From Candidatus Latescibacterota bacterium (GTDB lineage Bacteria; Latescibacterota; UBA2968; GCA-2709665), in assembly GCA_965222075.1 (NCBI GenBank), contig OZ244937.1:1-64000 (forward strand): a DNA stretch of 64,000 bases, given 5' to 3'. The notes below the pieces were generated by a model. The model saw only the letters and a list, made by a program, of their open reading frames with translations. It had not been told where the DNA came from and searched no databases. Of this stretch, positions 58,594 to 64,000 are shown piece after piece (within the stretch, counting starts at the first letter, position 1; each line of letters starts with the position of its first letter). The position numbers were made by a program, and so were the translations under genes.

Positions 58594-60231
58594 ATGGCCA
58601 TGGCGCATTATCCGTTTCCGCTGCGCAAGCACCTGGTCCAGAGCAGGCAGGGCATGGTGGCAACAGCTCACCCGCTGGCCTCACAGGCTGGGCTGCGTAT
58701 CCTCCAGGAGGGAGGGAATGTCGTGGACGCGACCGTGGCCACAGCCGCTGTGCTGAATGTGATCGATATGGACGAGTGTGGGCTGGGGGGCGACGCCTTC
58801 CTGATCGTCCACCTGGCAGAGTCGGACGAGACCTGGGCGCTCAACGGTGGTGGAGCCGCCCCGACCGGGGCGACGCGGGACTATTTCACGCGTCGCGGGA
58901 TAACCATGATGCCCCTGGAAGGGATTCTGAGCGCCTCGGTGCCGGGGGTGGTGGATGCCTATGTCACCGCGCTGGAGCGGTGGGGAAGTATGCCCTTAGC
59001 CGAGCTGTTGCAGCCGGCCATTTCCTACGCCGAAGAGGGATTTCCCCTTTCCGAACCGGTCGCCCTGTCGATTGACCGGAGCAAGAAGCTGGACCGCTTT
59101 CCCACCACCAGGCGCGTCTTCCGCGACCCGTCGAACCCGGCGCGACCGGGGGGCATCTTCCGGCAGCGGGATCTGGCCGGGAGCTTTCGGCTGATCGCCG
59201 AAGGGGGACGCGAGGCCTTCTACGAGGGACCGATTGCTGAGGCGATCGTCCAGCAGTCGGCCGAAGAGGGGGACGGTCTCTTCACGCTGGAAGACCTGAA
59301 GGCGCATCGCTCCGAAGTCTACCGGCCGCTCCAGATCGACTATAGAGGCTTCACCGTCTACGAGACGGCGCCCCCGTCGCAGGGTTTAATCGTGCTGGAG
59401 GAGCTTGCTCTGGTCGAGGCCTTCGATCTGGCGGCCATGGGTTTCGGGTCGGCCGAGACGATTCACACGATGGTGGAAGCGAAGAAGCTGGCCTTTGCCG
59501 ACCGAAACGCCTACGTGGGCGATCCGCGCTTTGTGGACGCTCCCGTCTCCCGTCTCCTGTCCAGGGCGTATGCGGCGGAACGGCGCAGGGCGATCGATCC
59601 CGACCGGGCGGACAACGCCCCGACGGCCGGGACCTTAGCCGACGGGGACAATACCTCTTCCTTCGTGGTGGCCGATGGAGAGGGGAATGCGGTGTCGTTT
59701 ATCCAGAGCGTCTCAGCGGGATACGGGGCGGGGGTGATCGCGGGGGAGACGGGGATCTTTCTGAACAATCGGGCGGGACGAGCGTTCACGCTGGAGGACG
59801 GGCATCCCAACTGCATCGCGCCGGGGAAGCGGGCGGTCTACACCCTGAACTGCTACATGATCTTTCGGAATGGACGCCCCATGATCGTGGGAGGGACGCC
59901 TGGAGGGGATAGACAGCCTCAGCATAACTTCCAGGTGATCGCCAGTTTCCTCGATTTCGGGTTTGACGCCCAGGAGGCTGTCGAGGCTCCCCGGTGGTCC
60001 AGCCTGCCGGGCACTGACCCGGCTACTCTCGGCGATCCGCTGACCCTGACGGTCGAGAGGCGGTTCCCGGAGGAGGCGATCCGAGAGTTGGCGGCGAAGG
60101 GACATCGGATGGATGTGGTGGGAGACTGGGGGGTGGGGGGGGAGGCGCTGGTCATCGTCATCGATCCAGACACGGGTGTCCTCTCCAGCGGCTGCGACCC
60201 CCGATGCATCGGGTGCGCCATCGGATATTGA
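58594..60231 (+). CDS. ggt: Gamma-glutamyltransferase
   Basis: GGNVVDA, GLGGDAF, SVPG, NTSSFVVADGEGNAVS (Thr nucleophile), GTPGGDRQPQ, DPR. Confidence 0.92.
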   Translation: MAMAHYPFPLRKHLVQSRQGMVATAHPLASQAGLRILQEGGNVVDATVATAAVLNVIDMDECGLGGDAFLIVHLAESDETWALNGGGAAPTGATRDYFTRRGITMMPLEGILSASVPGVVDAYVTALERWGSMPLAELLQPAISYAEEGFPLSEPVALSIDRSKKLDRFPTTRRVFRDPSNPARPGGIFRQRDLAGSFRLIAEGGREAFYEGPIAEAIVQQSAEEGDGLFTLEDLKAHRSEVYRPLQIDYRGFTVYETAPPSQGLIVLEELALVEAFDLAAMGFGSAETIHTMVEAKKLAFADRNAYVGDPRFVDAPVSRLLSRAYAAERRRAIDPDRADNAPTAGTLADGDNTSSFVVADGEGNAVSFIQSVSAGYGAGVIAGETGIFLNNRAGRAFTLEDGHPNCIAPGKRAVYTLNCYMIFRNGRPMIVGGTPGGDRQPQHNFQVIASFLDFGFDAQEAVEAPRWSSLPGTDPATLGDPLTLTVERRFPEEAIRELAAKGHRMDVVGDWGVGGEALVIVIDPDTGVLSSGCDPRCIGCAIGY

Positions 60232-60266
60232 GCTGTTCTGGCTTTGTACAGGCTGGAGGTGATCGC

Positions 60267-62288
60267 ATGTCATCCCGCTCTGCTGTTCCATCCACTGGTC
60301 AGCCCAGGGCCTCTGCCGGAGTCAGATCCTTCCACGCAGTCACCCCTCGCGCCCTCGCCGTCGGCCTCCTGCTGGTCATCGCGATCGATTTCTGGAATAT
60401 CTATTCCGAAGCGGTCATCCGTGGCTCGCGGGTCAATTTGACCCAGTTTCCCGTTTCCCTTGTCGCGCCTTTCGTACTTCTTGTCCTCGTTCTCAACCCC
60501 TGCCTGGCCGCTTTGCGCCAAAGGTGGGCGCTCACCCCCGGCGAGTTGCTTGTTGTGCTTGGCATGGGTCTGGTCGGCTCTGTCATCCCTTCCTACGGCA
60601 TGACCAGCATCCTCATCGGCATGCTGGCCACTCCTTTCTACCACGCCACTCCCGAGAACCAGTGGGACATCTACTTCTTAGATCATATCCCACCCTGGCT
60701 GGCTCCCCGCGATACCGACTTTGCCCTCACCCATCTGTTCGAGGGGTTGCCCCCTGGTGCCTCCATTCCCTGGGGCGTCTGGGTCATCCCCCTCTTGTGG
60801 TGGGGCAGCCTGATCGCCGCGGTTGCGGCTTTCTCCTTCGGTATTGCGGTAATTCTGCGCCGCCAGTGGGCTGAACACGAACGCCTCGTCTACCCGCTCC
60901 TGAAGCCTGCCGTCGCCCTCACCGAGCAGCCGCATCCCGGCACCTTCTGGGCTGATACTGTGCGGACCCGCCTCTTCTGGGCCGGCTTCGCCCTCGCCTT
61001 CGGGTTCAACACCTGGCTCTACCTCTCCTCCACCTTTTTAATGGTCCCTTCCCTTCCCCGCATCCTGTGGCCGGGCCAGTGGTTCTACCTTGACCGGTAC
61101 ATGCCCCCGCTGTGGATCCGGTTCAATCTCTATACCCTCGCCTTCGGGTATTTCGTCAACCAGGACGTCCTCCTCAGCTTCTGGGTCTTCAACCTGCTCC
61201 TGACGGCGGAGATCGGGCTGTTTCGACGGGTGGGCTACCGGATCAGCGGCGATGCCGGCGTCCTCGGCTACATCGGTGCAAGCGGCTTCTGGGGCAGCGC
61301 CGTGATGGCCTGGCAGTGCTTCGGCGCCCTAACTGTGCTGGTGCTCTGGGGTTTCTATGTGGCCCGGCGACACCTGGCCGATGTGGTCCGCAAGGCCCTC
61401 CGACCCGGCCACTCCATTGACGACACGGGTGAATTGCTCTCCTGCCGCGCCGCTGTCTGCTGCACCATCGGGGGCCTGGCCTACACGTTCTTCTGGTTTC
61501 ACGCTGCCGGCCTGGAACTCCGGATGCTCCTTCCCTTTCTGTTTGCCCTCCTCATTGTCTACGTTGGCCTGTCGCGCTTCGTGGCCGATGCCGGGGCCAT
61601 TTACGCCTACAGCCCCATGAGCCCCCAGGAATTCATGGTGCGCATCAGCGGCACCTCCTCCATCTCCGCCTCCAGTATGACGCTTCTCACCTACTCCTTT
61701 GTCCTCCGCGCCAACGCGCGGGGGTTCCTCCTGCCCACGCTGGCCCAGGTGGTCCGTCTGGGCGACCTGATCCGGGGGCAGGGACGACGGCTCTTCGCCG
61801 CGACCTCCCTGGCCATCTTCGTCGCCTTCATCGTTTCGATTCTCATGACTCTGTACATGGGCTACACCTACGGCGTTTCCAATTTCCGCGACCTCCCCCT
61901 CACCAGATACCCGCCCTTCCTCTTCAACCGGACCCTCAGTCTCATGAAGAGCTACGCCGACACCGGCCCGGAGCGCCTCATGTTTTTCGCCATTGGCGGA
62001 GGCGTTTTGGCCCTCCTCACCTACCTGCGCTACCGCCTTCCCCGGTGGCCCCTGCATCCCATCGGTCTCCCCATTGCCGGCACCAGTGCCCGAAGCTCGA
62101 TTATGAGCATGGTCCTGATCTGGGGCGTCAAGTCGATCCTGCTGCGGATCGGCGGCGTAGCCCTCTACCGCCGGGGTTCCCCTCTCTTCATCGGCATCAT
62201 CGCAGGTTACACCATCGCTATCTTTCTCGGCCACCTGGCCGATTCTGTCTGGTTTTCCGGCCAGGGGCATTTCCTTCACGGATGGTGA
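60267..62288 (+). CDS. DUF6785/DUF6784-type membrane protein, copy 3
   Basis: Paralog of the other two; GGAGG RBS before MSSRSAVP. Confidence 0.8.
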   Translation: MSSRSAVPSTGQPRASAGVRSFHAVTPRALAVGLLLVIAIDFWNIYSEAVIRGSRVNLTQFPVSLVAPFVLLVLVLNPCLAALRQRWALTPGELLVVLGMGLVGSVIPSYGMTSILIGMLATPFYHATPENQWDIYFLDHIPPWLAPRDTDFALTHLFEGLPPGASIPWGVWVIPLLWWGSLIAAVAAFSFGIAVILRRQWAEHERLVYPLLKPAVALTEQPHPGTFWADTVRTRLFWAGFALAFGFNTWLYLSSTFLMVPSLPRILWPGQWFYLDRYMPPLWIRFNLYTLAFGYFVNQDVLLSFWVFNLLLTAEIGLFRRVGYRISGDAGVLGYIGASGFWGSAVMAWQCFGALTVLVLWGFYVARRHLADVVRKALRPGHSIDDTGELLSCRAAVCCTIGGLAYTFFWFHAAGLELRMLLPFLFALLIVYVGLSRFVADAGAIYAYSPMSPQEFMVRISGTSSISASSMTLLTYSFVLRANARGFLLPTLAQVVRLGDLIRGQGRRLFAATSLAIFVAFIVSILMTLYMGYTYGVSNFRDLPLTRYPPFLFNRTLSLMKSYADTGPERLMFFAIGGGVLALLTYLRYRLPRWPLHPIGLPIAGTSARSSIMSMVLIWGVKSILLRIGGVALYRRGSPLFIGIIAGYTIAIFLGHLADSVWFSGQGHFLHGW

Positions 62289-62381
62289 GAACTTTAAAAG
62301 GGAATTGTACTTGTTTTTAATACAGTTATCTCTGTTGAGGGGGGGGGTAATAGAGACCTCTTGTCGAGGTCTAAAAAAACC

Positions 62382-62411
62382 TTGACAGAACGCATAGATT
62401 CGTTATAAATT
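62382..62411 (+). promoter_or_regulatory. sigma70-type promoter for TBDR 3
   Basis: TTGACA followed by TATAAATT at 16-18 nt spacing. Confidence 0.55.
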
Positions 62412-62460
62412 TATGTATTACGTTAGGACTTCATGACTTCCAAATAAGCTTTAGCTTCTG

Positions 62461-62563
62461 AGAAGGATAAATCGGTCGAAAGGCCGAGAGGAATAGTTAT
62501 GGGTCTTCGTCTGCCACAAGAGAGCCGCACTGCCGGGGGAATGGATGGTAGTACGGTTTTTTT
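62461..62563 (+). ncRNA. c-di-GMP-I (GEMM)-like riboswitch variant with overlapping intrinsic terminator
   Basis: ggataaa-tcggtc-GAAA-ggccga-gaggaatag-ttatgggtct...gagagccgcactgcc. The 3' strand can alternatively pair with ggtagtacggt, followed by a T-run. Confidence 0.55.
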
Positions 62564-62767
62564 GTATGCGTAAAAAGAGCCGTTAGTCGCCGACTTTGGC
62601 GAGCAGGGGCTAACGGGGCACAGGTTGTGTGAGGGGTGTGTGCGGGGTGCGGGGAGGCAGTTGAGCCGGGAGAAAGGAGGGGAGAACCGATGGAAAGACT
62701 TCACTTCAGATTTGGGATTTCGGGAGGAATGAGGTTCTGTTTTAACCCGAAGGAAGGAGGAAGGCAG

Positions 62768-64000
62768 ATGAGCAGGTTGAAGATAGGTTTGGGCATTGCC
62801 CTCGCGCTGTGCGCCGTTTTGGCGATGGGCAGTGTGGCGACTGCCGGGACGACCGGGAAGGTGATGGGCGTCGTGACGGACGAGAAGGGAGATCCGCTGC
62901 CGGGGGCCAGCGTGGTGCTTGAGGGGACGCAGCGGGGATCGACGACGGATGCGGACGGGTCCTACGTGATCCTTTCGGTCGATCCCCGCGTGTATTCGGC
63001 GACGGCCTCTATGGTGGGCTACCATTCGGTGACCCAGAAGCAGGTACAGGTGCGGGCGGATTTTACCACGACGGTGATTTTCACGCTTCGGGAGCAGGCG
63101 CTGGAGTTAGAGGAGATGGTGGTGGTGGCGGAGCGTCCTCCGGTGGAGCCGGACCGGACGGAGAGCCGGTATGTGGTGACCGCCGAGGAAATCCAGCGGA
63201 CGCCGATTATACGGAAGGTGGAGGACTTCCTGGGGCTGGAGCCGGGTATGTCGGTGGACGGTCAGGGGTTCGTCCGGGGTTCGATGCCTGACGAGTCCAC
63301 GCTTTATGTGGACGGAGTCCGAATCCAGCAGACCGATAGACGCGTTTGGGGTGGATTTAACGCGGAGAACAAGCAGTGGTGGGCGGTCAACACGGATGCG
63401 GTGCAGGAGATCTCCCTGATTACGGGCGGGATGAACGCCGAGTACGGGAACGCGCAGTCCGGAGTTGTACAGATCGTGACACGGGATGGGGGGCGGGACT
63501 ACCACGGCGAGGTGGAGTACCGGCTCACGCCGGCGGGGCAGAAGCACTGGGGGAAGAACGTGTACGAGGCGCCCGAGCACCGGGGGCACATGCGGTGGGA
63601 CGATCCGGATTGGGTGGCCGAGGTGGACCCTGCGACGGGGAATCTGGTGCACCAGCGGACCAATTATACGGACTGGCGGGGCCACTACTTCGACGGTTTT
63701 GTGGGCGGTCCGCTGGTTTCGAATGCGTCTTTCTTTGTCAGCGCCCGGCACAGGCGGGATGCCGCCCGCATTCCCGGGCCGTGGGAGACGCAGCCGGCCA
63801 ACATCCGGACGTCGGCGAAATTGACTGTGCCGATGGGGCATAATGTGAAGTTCCGAGCCGGCTGGCTCTCCGACTATTGGGAAAACTTTCAGAGCGGCCA
63901 GTTGAGGAATACTCGCGTCACCAACGTGCTGAGGGGCCCCGGGCGGGACATCTTCCTGCCGCTGGGGTCGCCTGCGGGGAAGACCATCAACAGGGAGAAC
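62768..64000 (+). CDS. TonB-dependent receptor 3, 3' end outside the window
   Basis: Not in the ORF track. Manual translation gives MSRLKIGLG...AGTTGKVMGVVTDEKGDPLPGASVV...GGMNAEYGNAQSGVVQIVTRDG...QKHWGKNVYEAPEHRG. Confidence 0.9.
   Translation, partial: MSRLKIGLGIALALCAVLAMGSVATAGTTGKVMGVVTDEKGDPLPGASVVLEGTQRGSTTDADGSYVILSVDPRVYSATASMVGYHSVTQKQVQVRADFTTTVIFTLREQALELEEMVVVAERPPVEPDRTESRYVVTAEEIQRTPIIRKVEDFLGLEPGMSVDGQGFVRGSMPDESTLYVDGVRIQQTDRRVWGGFNAENKQWWAVNTDAVQEISLITGGMNAEYGNAQSGVVQIVTRDGGRDYHGEVEYRLTPAGQKHWGKNVYEAPEHRGHMRWDDPDWVAEVDPATGNLVHQRTNYTDWRGHYFDGFVGGPLVSNASFFVSARHRRDAARIPGPWETQPANIRTSAKLTVPMGHNVKFRAGWLSDYWENFQSGQLRNTRVTNVLRGPGRDIFLPLGSPAGKTINREN

Noticed and set aside
49106-60231. 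Aminoglycoside or amino-sugar biosynthetic cluster (DegT + oxidoreductase + deacetylase + GGT)
   Set aside because: No glycosyltransferase, cyclitol synthase or nucleotidyltransferase is seen, and import-type components dominate. A catabolic role is favoured but unproven.

Overview
A GC-rich bacterial window, most likely from an FCB-group lineage such as Latescibacterota (inferred from gene families, not from marker genes). I found no rRNA, tRNA, CRISPR array, transposase or integrase. The window is organised around three related TonB-dependent receptors (TBDRs). Two sit in a fixed triad of TBDR, large secreted protein with a T9SS-like C-terminal domain, and PorV/PorQ-family barrel; the third is cut off by the window end. 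Around them are three paralogous DUF6785/DUF6784-type membrane proteins, two TPR-GWxTD proteins and a heavily duplicated enzyme set. That set includes 5 homocysteine S-methyltransferase-like genes, 3 near-identical ~600-aa deacetylase-fold genes, 2 DegT aminotransferases, 2 amidohydrolases, a Gfo/Idh/MocA oxidoreductase, a TIM-barrel isomerase, a CocE hydrolase and a GGT, but no recognisable SusD or glycoside hydrolase. The main non-coding signals are: (1) a duplicated ~200-bp leader before TBDR operons 1 and 2, each copy with a counter-oriented sigma70 promoter, two hairpins and a terminator (candidate cis-antisense sRNA); (2) a deviant c-di-GMP-I (GEMM)-like riboswitch with terminator before TBDR 3; and (3) several intergenic gene remnants that record duplication and microhomology deletion. 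All family assignments come from motif recognition by eye and need HMM or structure confirmation.
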